From Candidatus Micrarchaeia archaeon (GTDB taxonomy: Archaea; Micrarchaeota; Micrarchaeia; Micrarchaeales; Micrarchaeaceae), in contig JBMFWY010000018.1 in assembly GCA_049964795.1 (NCBI GenBank), forward strand, positions 1 through 14,137: a DNA stretch of 14,137 nt. Direction: 5' to 3'. Below the pieces are notes generated by a model. It searched no databases. It was given only the letters and a program-made list of their open reading frames with translations, and had not been told where the DNA came from. The translations under genes and the position numbers were made by a program. Positions 6,699 through 14,137 of this stretch are shown in pieces; the first letter of the stretch is position 1; each line of letters opens with the position of its first letter.

Positions 6699-8972
6699 AT
6701 GGCTCTTGAAATTGTGCTGAACAAGATAATTGAAGAAGTATTGCCTATGCTGGGCAGTGCCTCAAACGAGGATGATCTCCTTGGCAAATTTTCCTCCTCT
6801 CTTTCCACCCTTTTTGGCATAAGCAGTGTAAATGCAATCGGAACCTACAAGTCGAAAGTCCAGGGCTCCTTATTCGAGTATGTACTTAATACAAAAAAGG
6901 TTTATGTAGACAACCAGCTCAGCGAGTATTCGGCATTTCCTGAGCTTATAGAATACAGGAACAGGGGGTACAAAAGCTGCTCGGTGCTTCCTGTTGTTTC
7001 TAACGGCAAGGTTGTAACACTTCTCGAAATGCTTTCAGAACAGGAAAACAAGTTCACAGAAGATCTTGTAAACAGCATAGCATTTGCGTCGTACCTATTT
7101 GGTTTTGCCCTCATGTATAAGCTTGAAAGCTCAAGGAACGTAAAGCTTGCAGGGTATTTTGACGCTGCATTCAATTCGCCATTGCCCCAAATGCTTGTTT
7201 CTAAAGACGGTTCTATAATAAAATTCAACAAACCTGCAATAAAGCAATTCGGCGTTTCGCAAGGGGCCAACCTTAACGCCTTGGGCATAAGCATCGACAA
7301 GGTCATTCAATCTGCAAAGCAGCATGTTCCGTTCGCCGCTTCCCTAAAATCTTCGCAGGGACAAGCGATTTATTCTTTCTACTCGGAAAATGTGAGTGAC
7401 AGCACATTTTACCTGCTCGCTTCAGACAGGACAAGCAAGGATACACTTTCTTCAATTGCTTTGGCTGCCTCAGGCACGGACCGTGTATGTATGCTAATGC
7501 TTGACAGCTCCTTTTCAATAGAGGAGATCCTGGGCAATGCCGAACACATGTTCAATTATCCAGGAGAGATGCTTTACGGCAAAAGCTTTCTGGAGCTTTT
7601 GGATCAGCGCGACAGGGAATCATTCGAGAAAAGCGCCAAGGCGCTCGGACCTACAGCTTCTACCGAAAGGATAGTGGACTTGCCCCTGGGCAAATTTGGC
7701 AGCATGCACGTGCATATTGCGCTTTCGAAAATGCCGCTCGGCTATGCAGTGTTGCTTGCAAGCGACAATGCCGAAAAATATGTAAAGGACATAAGCTCGA
7801 TGCTGGAGGACTTCATTTCACTTTCGCAGGATCTAATTCTTAGCGTAGACCAATTTGGCTACATCAAGGGAAGCAACATGTCTGTAGAATCTGTGCTAGG
7901 ATACAAGAAGGAAGAGCTCACAGGCAAGGATGTCAAGTCAATGTATATAGAATCTGAGGTGCTCGACAGGGATATTGCTTATGTAAGAAACGGGGGCAAG
8001 GTCGACGGATCTTACGTGACGCTGCGCAAGAAGAGCGGCGAGCTCATACCCGCAATCCATTCTCTGCGCCTCATGCGTGGTTCTTCGGAAAGCGATTTAA
8101 GCTACCTATTTGTAATACATGAGCTTCAGACAAAGCGGACCTTGTCAGATCAGGAGTCGAAGCTCAAGTCGCAGGAAAGCGAAATAAAGAGGCTGAGGAT
8201 GGTGAGCGATCTAAAGTCGCAATTCATCTACAACATTTCGCACGAGCTCAAAACGCCTCTCACTGCGATAAAAGGTTTTGCAAAGCTTCTTTATGGAGGT
8301 GAATTTGGTGCGCTGACCGATGAGCAGAAAGGCTATCTCAACACAATATTGGACGAATCTGATAGGCTGCTGCTTATCATACAGCAGGTTTTGGATGCGT
8401 CGAAGCTGGAAGCCAACAAGGTAAAGCTGGACTTGAAAGAGGTGGACTTCAAGGTGATGCGCAACAACCCAAGTATAAACGCGCTTGAAGAATCCGCAAA
8501 AGGTAAAGGTCTCTCCTTCTCGTGGACTGTGGACTATGACGTTCCAACAATAATAGCAGATCCAAACAGGCTTATACAGGTTTTTGTAAACTTGATAGGC
8601 AATTCAATAAAGTTTACAGAGAAAGGTGGCATAGACGTCCATATAATACGCAAGAGCAGAAAGAGAGTAGAGTGCAAGGTTTCAGATACGGGCATAGGCA
8701 TAAGCGATGATGACAAGAGGAAAATATTCAAGAAATTCTACCAGGCGCCCAAGAAAGATCTTGTCAAGCAGGATGGCGCAGGAACAGGCTTAGGGCTTTC
8801 AATAACAAAGGATATAATTTCTCTTCACGGCGGCAAGATAACGTTCGAGTCGCAGCAGGGCAAGGGCACTACGTTCTCCTTCATACTTCCTATAAGGCCC
8901 CGCGAAAAGAAAAAGGAAAAGCAGCAGCCGCAGCAGGTCGAAAGCCCCGCACCCGCCAAGCCTTCAGCATAG
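6699..8972 (+). CDS. Cytoplasmic sensor histidine kinase (GAF, multiple PAS, HisKA, HATPase_c)
   Basis: GAF-like segment (SCSVLPVVSNGKVVTLLEM) and PAS-like repeats (KDGSIIKFNKPA; NAEHMFNYPGEMLYGK; NMSVESVLGYKKEELTGK). H-box SHELKTPL, N-box VNLIGNSIKF, G1 DTGIGI, G2 GTGLGL. No clear TM segment. Confidence 0.93.
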   Translation: MALEIVLNKIIEEVLPMLGSASNEDDLLGKFSSSLSTLFGISSVNAIGTYKSKVQGSLFEYVLNTKKVYVDNQLSEYSAFPELIEYRNRGYKSCSVLPVVSNGKVVTLLEMLSEQENKFTEDLVNSIAFASYLFGFALMYKLESSRNVKLAGYFDAAFNSPLPQMLVSKDGSIIKFNKPAIKQFGVSQGANLNALGISIDKVIQSAKQHVPFAASLKSSQGQAIYSFYSENVSDSTFYLLASDRTSKDTLSSIALAASGTDRVCMLMLDSSFSIEEILGNAEHMFNYPGEMLYGKSFLELLDQRDRESFEKSAKALGPTASTERIVDLPLGKFGSMHVHIALSKMPLGYAVLLASDNAEKYVKDISSMLEDFISLSQDLILSVDQFGYIKGSNMSVESVLGYKKEELTGKDVKSMYIESEVLDRDIAYVRNGGKVDGSYVTLRKKSGELIPAIHSLRLMRGSSESDLSYLFVIHELQTKRTLSDQESKLKSQESEIKRLRMVSDLKSQFIYNISHELKTPLTAIKGFAKLLYGGEFGALTDEQKGYLNTILDESDRLLLIIQQVLDASKLEANKVKLDLKEVDFKVMRNNPSINALEESAKGKGLSFSWTVDYDVPTIIADPNRLIQVFVNLIGNSIKFTEKGGIDVHIIRKSRKRVECKVSDTGIGISDDDKRKIFKKFYQAPKKDLVKQDGAGTGLGLSITKDIISLHGGKITFESQQGKGTTFSFILPIRPREKKKEKQQPQQVESPAPAKPSA

Positions 8973-9016
8973 CAGACTTTTTTGGGCCTCAAATGCAGCG
9001 GCCGTTCGCCTACTTT

Positions 9017-10063
9017 TCACACTACTTCTATGCCGCACGCGTTGCCTACCTTTAGCGAATCTTCATAGCCTTTGTAAAGTGCCGTATAATTGCTGTCTAG
9101 GAATACTCCGCTCAACGTAATATTTTCTGTAGTCATTGAGGAAATGTTCACCTCTATTGACAGTGCCTTGCCTGTAGTATGCGGAGAGTGCGAGTAAGTG
9201 TAATAGGTGTAGAAATACAGGTAAGGGCTCTTGGTGCTGGAGATGCTACCATTAAGTTTGTAAGGCACCAATGCGCTTTGGTTTTGGTATGTTGCAGGGC
9301 CTGACGGGCTTGTGCCGTAATATGCCTTGTAGCTGGAGTTGTAAAGTGTGCTAGAGCACGCAGTAGTATTGCTGTACGCCGAGGAATAGTTTAGCATAAG
9401 CGGATACCATATGCTGCTCTCCAATGCCTGCATAACTTTTGTGTCGTTGCTGGGCTGCGAAGCCTTGACTGTTGTCGTGGCTGCAATTGTGGTAGTTGGG
9501 GTTGTCGATTTTGCATTTGTGCCTGTGGCGTTTGCGCTTTCATTGGTTATTATTATTTTTATTCCTGAAGAGGAGTTTTGGGCTCCTGGAAGCATGCTCT
9601 TGTATTGCACTTCGGCATAGTCTATTGCGACTCCCAGCGCCGGATCTATGGGTATAAGCGTAACGTTTGCCACATTAGCAGAAAGGCTGTTAAGCCTTAT
9701 TCCCAAGCTTGCATATTGTGTGCCGAAGCCTATGTGCGTAGTATTGCCTAGGTTTGCCTTAACAAGCATAGTGTCACTTGTAAATATTGGCAGCTTTGAA
9801 ACGTAAAATACTGCTTCATTGCCCGAATGCAATGCAAGGCTTATTGAGAAATAAACTCCATGCATATCTACAAGAACTGGCGATTGTGATACTTGGACAG
9901 CTCTTTCCGAGCTCAAGTTTAAATAGCCGTTTCCCTGCAAGCCGATCGCAGCCATCGCCGCGATTATTATTACAATAAGCAAGTAAACAACATACTTTGC
10001 AGTTTTATGCCTCCTTTTTGGAGGAATCTGCCTTCCAGGGTAAGACATCGACACGCTTTCCAT
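9017..10063 (-). CDS. Membrane-anchored surface (glyco)protein of unknown function
   Basis: Basic N-terminus followed by a TM helix YVVYLLIVIIIAAMAAIGL, a Thr-rich linker (STTPTTTIAATTTV) and many N-x-S/T sequons. The start is likely ATG 10063 (or 10048), with a TATA-like TTTATTTA about 40 nt upstream. Confidence 0.75.
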   Translation of the reverse strand: MESVSMSYPGRQIPPKRRHKTAKYVVYLLIVIIIAAMAAIGLQGNGYLNLSSERAVQVSQSPVLVDMHGVYFSISLALHSGNEAVFYVSKLPIFTSDTMLVKANLGNTTHIGFGTQYASLGIRLNSLSANVANVTLIPIDPALGVAIDYAEVQYKSMLPGAQNSSSGIKIIITNESANATGTNAKSTTPTTTIAATTTVKASQPSNDTKVMQALESSIWYPLMLNYSSAYSNTTACSSTLYNSSYKAYYGTSPSGPATYQNQSALVPYKLNGSISSTKSPYLYFYTYYTYSHSPHTTGKALSIEVNISSMTTENITLSGVFLDSNYTALYKGYEDSLKVGNACGIEVV

Positions 10064-10211
10064 ATAACCATCGCAAACGCGTAGCAGCTCTTTTTGAGTA
10101 TGATTAAATAAAGCTTTTAACCTTTGCCTCTGCGCTCTCTTTTGCTGCTTTTTCTCAACGCCCAAGCAAAATTATAATATTGTTGTGTGAGTAGTTAGTT
10201 TAGGTGATCAT

Positions 10212-11402
10212 GTGCCAGAAGACAGCTTCCTACCGGATGTTTTGTCAATAATAAATGACAAGCAGCAAGTTACGTACAGCGAGCTTAGCGACATAGCTTT
10301 CAGCAGGAACATACCAAAGGACAAGCTGGACAGCGCACTTTCTAGCCTTGAAAGTAACAAGATGATCGCCTCGAGGAGCATAGGCGGCATGCTTACATAT
10401 TATACCCTTGAGCAAGACGCTATAAGCAAGGTGCTTATAGTAGAGGACGACAAAAGCATAAACAAGCTCATGGCGCTTTCAATAGGCAAGGGCTTTGAGG
10501 TAAAGCAGATATATGACGGCGGAGAAGCAATGCCTGCAGTAAGAAGCTACAAGCCGCAGCTTGTCATACTTGATCTAATGCTGCCTCACAAGGACGGCCT
10601 TGACATATGCCAAACAATAAAGGAAGATCCCGAGACAAGCGGCACTATAGTAATACTTGTAAGCGCGATGGATCCTACAAGCAACAGGTTCAAAGGGATA
10701 AAATATGGGGCAGACTATTACATAAAGAAGCCTTTTGACCCAAGCGAGCTGAAAAGCCTTGTCACTATCTTCCTGAAGAAGAAAGGGAAAAGGTTTGATC
10801 CTCTTGTGGATCTGCCAAACGAAGAGAGAATTTCAAACGCTGTGAGCAAGTCTATAGATTCAGGAGAGGATTACGCGATAGGCGCATTGAGGATCACTAA
10901 TCTGGGCTCATATGCGAAAAGATTTGGGGAGAAATCCGCAATGGTAATAATAAGGCTTGTCTCGCAGCTTTTGCAAGACGCAATAAACAGCAAGGCTACG
11001 GGCGTTTTTGTAGGGTTCATGAACACAGAAGACTTCATAGTAGCTGGCAGGCGAAGCGATGTTTCTGCTGCAGTAGAAAATGTAAAGCAGGAGTTCAATG
11101 CTGTAATGCCTTTCATACTGCAAGATGAGGGCTATAAGATGATAGATCTCAATATAGAGAGCCTTTTCGAATCCAACGAAGTGCCCAAGCTGTCGCTCGA
11201 ATACAGCGAGCTCGAGAAAAGCGAGATAAAGAAAAGGGTTGATGAGCTTAACAAGGAGAAGGTCGCAACATCAAACGGCGAGATAGGCGCGTATACCTAC
11301 GAGGAGCTGCAGAAACTTTTTGGCAGAGAGGATTTTGACATAAAGATAACGCGTGACGGCGACTCGGTGCGCCTTCATGTAAGCAAGACGGGCGAAAACT
11401 AA
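10212..11402 (+). CDS. Response regulator: N-terminal wHTH-like, REC, degenerate GGDEF-like domain, small C-terminal domain
   Basis: REC motifs LIVEDD, LVILDLMLP, VSA and KPF are intact. They are followed by DPLVDLPN...RFG...FVGFMNTEDFIV, matching the GGDEF scaffold without the catalytic motif. GTG start with a GGTGA RBS. Confidence 0.85.
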   Translation: MPEDSFLPDVLSIINDKQQVTYSELSDIAFSRNIPKDKLDSALSSLESNKMIASRSIGGMLTYYTLEQDAISKVLIVEDDKSINKLMALSIGKGFEVKQIYDGGEAMPAVRSYKPQLVILDLMLPHKDGLDICQTIKEDPETSGTIVILVSAMDPTSNRFKGIKYGADYYIKKPFDPSELKSLVTIFLKKKGKRFDPLVDLPNEERISNAVSKSIDSGEDYAIGALRITNLGSYAKRFGEKSAMVIIRLVSQLLQDAINSKATGVFVGFMNTEDFIVAGRRSDVSAAVENVKQEFNAVMPFILQDEGYKMIDLNIESLFESNEVPKLSLEYSELEKSEIKKRVDELNKEKVATSNGEIGAYTYEELQKLFGREDFDIKITRDGDSVRLHVSKTGEN

Positions 11403-11974
11403 TGCTGTACAAAACAATAAAATCTTCAGCCGCTAAGCGCAGCGCGAGGTCTCAAGCTGCATTGGATTTCATGGTATCCTATGGCATAGCAATAATGATA
11501 ATCACCATAGCTCTTTACATAATCTTTTCTCTCGGTGTTTTCAATCCAAAGCTGGCTTCCCCGCAGTGCACTCCCTCTCCTTCCTTTATATGCCTTTCAT
11601 ATTCGATAAACAAAACCTCTTCGTTTTCAATTATATTATCCCAATCAACAGGTGGCACCATGTACATAACCGGTGTCGCGTGCTCTAGCGCCGTGAATTC
11701 GACTTCAAACATACCTGCATACGGCAATGTGCATGTTCTACCATATTCGCTGGCTCCTCAATACTATCCGAACAACGCACTGCAAAACGGTGCATACCTT
11801 TACAGTGACAACGAAACACTTCTCCAAGTATTTTGCTACAATAGCAAAGGAAAGGCTACAAGTTCATTGGGTTATACTTTTACAGGCTATCTTTGGATAA
11901 ACTATACATTTTCAAACCTGCCTTCAGTACATTACATAAGCAAAGTCGCCTCGTTCACCGCAAGCTATACTTGA
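11402..11974 (+). CDS. Class III signal peptide protein (archaeal type IV pilin-like)
   Basis: Basic leader then RS|QAALDFMVSYG-hydrophobic helix-LGVFNP, followed by Cys pairs (CTPSPSFIC). The ATG overlaps the upstream TAA (TAATG). Confidence 0.82.
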   Translation: MLYKTIKSSAAKRSARSQAALDFMVSYGIAIMIITIALYIIFSLGVFNPKLASPQCTPSPSFICLSYSINKTSSFSIILSQSTGGTMYITGVACSSAVNSTSNIPAYGNVHVLPYSLAPQYYPNNALQNGAYLYSDNETLLQVFCYNSKGKATSSLGYTFTGYLWINYTFSNLPSVHYISKVASFTASYT

Positions 11975-12014
11975 GTCCAAAGTGTAGAAATGCTTTGCCC
12001 CGCGTTGCAGTAGC

Positions 12015-12065
12015 AATGCAATAGGTATCTATTGCATTTATAAAGTTATTTTGCCAAATAACTTT
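12015..12065. promoter_or_regulatory. Two perfect inverted repeats flanking a TATA box (putative operators)
   Basis: AATGCAATAG-gtat-CTATTGCATT (12015-12038) and AAAGTTATTT-tgcc-AAATAACTTT (12042-12065), with TTTATAAA at 12037-12044. Confidence 0.7.
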
Positions 12066-12087
12066 TATTGAATTAAGGTGTTGCAGC

Positions 12088-12927
12088 ATGAGCGCAAGAA
12101 GGGTTGCTTGGCTTTTTGTCTCGTTTGCAATGCTTGCTGTTATGTTTGCCCAGCTCTCTTTCCCCTCTTACGTAAAAGTCATTGAGCCTTATGGCGCTGT
12201 TGTGCATCAAGGTGGAAGCGTATACCTTGGCAATATCGGACCAGGCCAAAGCTTCTATATTGTCATCTCTCCAAATACTACCTCAAGCTCCGGCAAAATG
12301 GTAGAGCTAGGCTGGAACAAGCTTGTAGTGACAGGGCTCAGCGGCTGGGTCGTTGAAAACTCCTCACTTTACTCCTCTGCTCCTTCAGTAGAGATAACTC
12401 CCCCTTCATACACTCCGTTTGGAGTCTATGGATTCAATGTAACGGCCATAAATATAGGAAACTACTCTGGTTTGGGAAACCTTACCTTTAAGGCTTACAT
12501 CAATGTTACTTCAAAAGTATTCAGCTTTAACGCTTCGCCTACAATAGCCAACGCAGGCATAGGCGTTCCCGCATACATTAGCATAAGGATAAACAACACT
12601 GGCGTTTCAGACAATCCATTTGTAATAAGCGCTTCGGGGCTTCCAGGATTCAACGAAAGCGACATAGTTATTGCCCAACATAGCACAGCGAGAAGCTTCC
12701 TATTCCCGATTTACGAGGATACTCCAGGCACGTGGCATGCAATGCTGAAGATAAGCTCTTTGACTAGCCCTTCCATATATGAAACAAAGAACATTACTTT
12801 AATAGTAAAGCCGAGCATGGAGAACGAGCTTCTTGCGCTAGGCAAAGGGACAATAATCTACCCTGTGCTCTATGCTCCTGCATACGCCATACAGTATTTC
12901 ATAGGTTTGCTTTTCAAGGGCAAGTAA
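12088..12927 (+). CDS. Secreted/membrane beta-sandwich-like protein with N-terminal signal and C-terminal anchor
   Basis: Hydrophobic N-terminus, two beta-rich Ig-like segments (GVYGFNVTA; INNTGVSDNPF; PGTWHAML), a hydrophobic C-terminus ending FKGK, and N-glycosylation sequons. GGTG RBS. Confidence 0.75.
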   Translation: MSARRVAWLFVSFAMLAVMFAQLSFPSYVKVIEPYGAVVHQGGSVYLGNIGPGQSFYIVISPNTTSSSGKMVELGWNKLVVTGLSGWVVENSSLYSSAPSVEITPPSYTPFGVYGFNVTAINIGNYSGLGNLTFKAYINVTSKVFSFNASPTIANAGIGVPAYISIRINNTGVSDNPFVISASGLPGFNESDIVIAQHSTARSFLFPIYEDTPGTWHAMLKISSLTSPSIYETKNITLIVKPSMENELLALGKGTIIYPVLYAPAYAIQYFIGLLFKGK

Positions 12928-13083
12928 CAATATCTCCGCCCTGTCTTTTTGCAAGCATCTATTGCCCCATCAAGATTGCGCTTTGCAGTTGTGTATGCAG
13001 AAATAAAAAATATGGGAAAAGATAGAAATGTATAAAAGCATGTGCATCTTAAAAATGCGGTATCAATCTTTTTGCTGATTTGA

Positions 13084-13794
13084 ATGCCCTCAAAAAAATC
13101 CGAGAAGGCAGCCTCCTCTTACGCAATAAGGACTGCATCCTTGCTGGATCTCGTAAGGAATGCATTGAGCAGGGCAGGCCCCTCCGCGTATATTTTTGCA
13201 GTAAGGCAAGGTAACAAGTACCGGCTAGTGCTTCCAGGCGAAAAGATAGGCAGCTTGAAAATAGTCTACTACTTTGACACGGACAAGATTGCAAAATTCG
13301 CAATCTACAGCCCATTCGGCGAAAGCGAAAAGATCGAGATGAAAAACAGCATCGACGGCGAAGAGCACGACTACAAATCTTATAAAATGCAGATTATGGA
13401 ACTTCTTAACAACCCCTTTGAAGGCTATTTTTCTGCAAAATCCAACGCTTCTTCTAAAAAAGCAGGGGGCGCAAACCCTATTATAATGAAAGCGAAAGAT
13501 TACGATTCCCTGGTGCGGCAATCGCTGTCTTTTGCCGCTGAAGATGAAAAGATGGGTAAAATATATTATTTTGAAAGCAACGGCAAAGGGTTTCTTTGCT
13601 CGATAGAGGATTTCAACGATGAAGAAGGAACAATATTGTATGCTGAAGCAGAAAATAAAAATATATTTAACTTTATGCGGTACAACTATATCAGCAATAG
13701 AGTGGAATCGGTAAACTCTTTAGAAGGAGCTGCTTATACCCTTTTGGCTGTGGTAAGGCTTGCAGAACCGTTTCCGTTTTTTAAGCCCGAATAG
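13084..13794 (+). CDS. Hypothetical protein with an internal two-domain duplication
   Basis: 236-aa ORF whose halves share SLLDLVRNALS / DYDSLVRQSLS and IMELLNNPF / VVRLAEPF. The stop TAG lies within tRNA-Asn. Confidence 0.75.
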   Translation: MPSKKSEKAASSYAIRTASLLDLVRNALSRAGPSAYIFAVRQGNKYRLVLPGEKIGSLKIVYYFDTDKIAKFAIYSPFGESEKIEMKNSIDGEEHDYKSYKMQIMELLNNPFEGYFSAKSNASSKKAGGANPIIMKAKDYDSLVRQSLSFAAEDEKMGKIYYFESNGKGFLCSIEDFNDEEGTILYAEAENKNIFNFMRYNYISNRVESVNSLEGAAYTLLAVVRLAEPFPFFKPE

Positions 13795-13856
13795 CTCAGT
13801 GGTAGAGCGACTGGCTGTTAACCAGTAGGTCGCAGGTTCAATCCCTGCTTCGGGCG
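13785..13856 (+). tRNA. tRNA-Asn(GUU), intronless
   Basis: Acceptor GCCCGAA/TTCGGGC plus G, D stem GCTC/GAGC, ACTGG-CTGTTAA-CCAGT, GCAGG-TTCAATC-CCTGC. No CCA. Confidence 0.96.
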
Positions 13857-13871
13857 CACGGATTTTCTGCT

Positions 13872-14137
13872 TTACTGTGGTGTTGCGGATTCGCCGTTCT
13901 GTCTTTTCCTAGGCTTTGTATCAAATTCGTTTATTGGAAGTATGAAATAGAATTTGCTCCCTTTTCCGAGTTCGGATTCCACTCCTATCTTACCCTTGTG
14001 GAGGAGGATTATCTTTTTGGCTATTGACAGCCCGAGACCTGTGCCAGATTTTGGTGGCGAGATAAGGTCCTTTCTAGTGGTTGCCTGGTAAAATTCCCTG
14101 AAAAGCTTTTTTCTGTCTTCCTGGCTTATGCCAATGC
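13872..14137 (-). CDS. C-terminal HATPase_c part of a second sensor histidine kinase (partial, runs off the window)
   Basis: Manual translation: [71 protein letters not shown]...TPQ*. Not in the ORF track because it has no start in the window. Confidence 0.9.
   Translation of the reverse strand, partial: IGISQEDRKKLFREFYQATTRKDLISPPKSGTGLGLSIAKKIILLHKGKIGVESELGKGSKFYFILPINEFDTKPRKRQNGESATPQ

Noticed and set aside
10797-11040. Active diguanylate cyclase or Cas10/polymerase palm domain
   Set aside because: The GG(D/E)(D/E)F and metal-binding Asp residues are missing, and there are no cas genes or CRISPR repeats in the window.
1-14137. CRISPR array, transposase, integrase or att-site duplication at the tRNAs
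   Set aside because: No periodic repeats, recombinase motifs or duplicated tRNA 3' ends were seen.

Overview
Archaeal chromosomal window, most likely DPANN/Micrarchaeota-like. This is inferred from archaeal ribosomal proteins, fibrillarin, BHB-type tRNA introns at non-canonical positions, class III signal pilin-like proteins and GGTG(A) RBSs. In order, it contains: a decayed class III-signal/LamG-like gene; a TPR-AAA+ ATPase and RNase HI (minus strand); an NDP-sugar nucleotidyltransferase; tRNA-Lys(UUU) with a T-loop intron; tRNA-Ser(GGA) with two introns; rps13-rps4-rps11 (no rpoD); and fibrillarin. The right half is a signalling/surface locus: a soluble GAF/PAS histidine kinase, a membrane-anchored glycoprotein, a wHTH-REC-degenerate GGDEF response regulator translationally coupled to a type IV pilin-like gene, a second surface protein whose TATA box sits between two perfect 10-4-10 palindromes, a tandem-domain protein whose stop codon lies inside tRNA-Asn, and the 3' end of a second, paralogous histidine kinase. 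The best candidate for a novel system is this two-kinase / REC-pseudo-GGDEF / pilin module. All calls come from manual motif reading; no searches were run.
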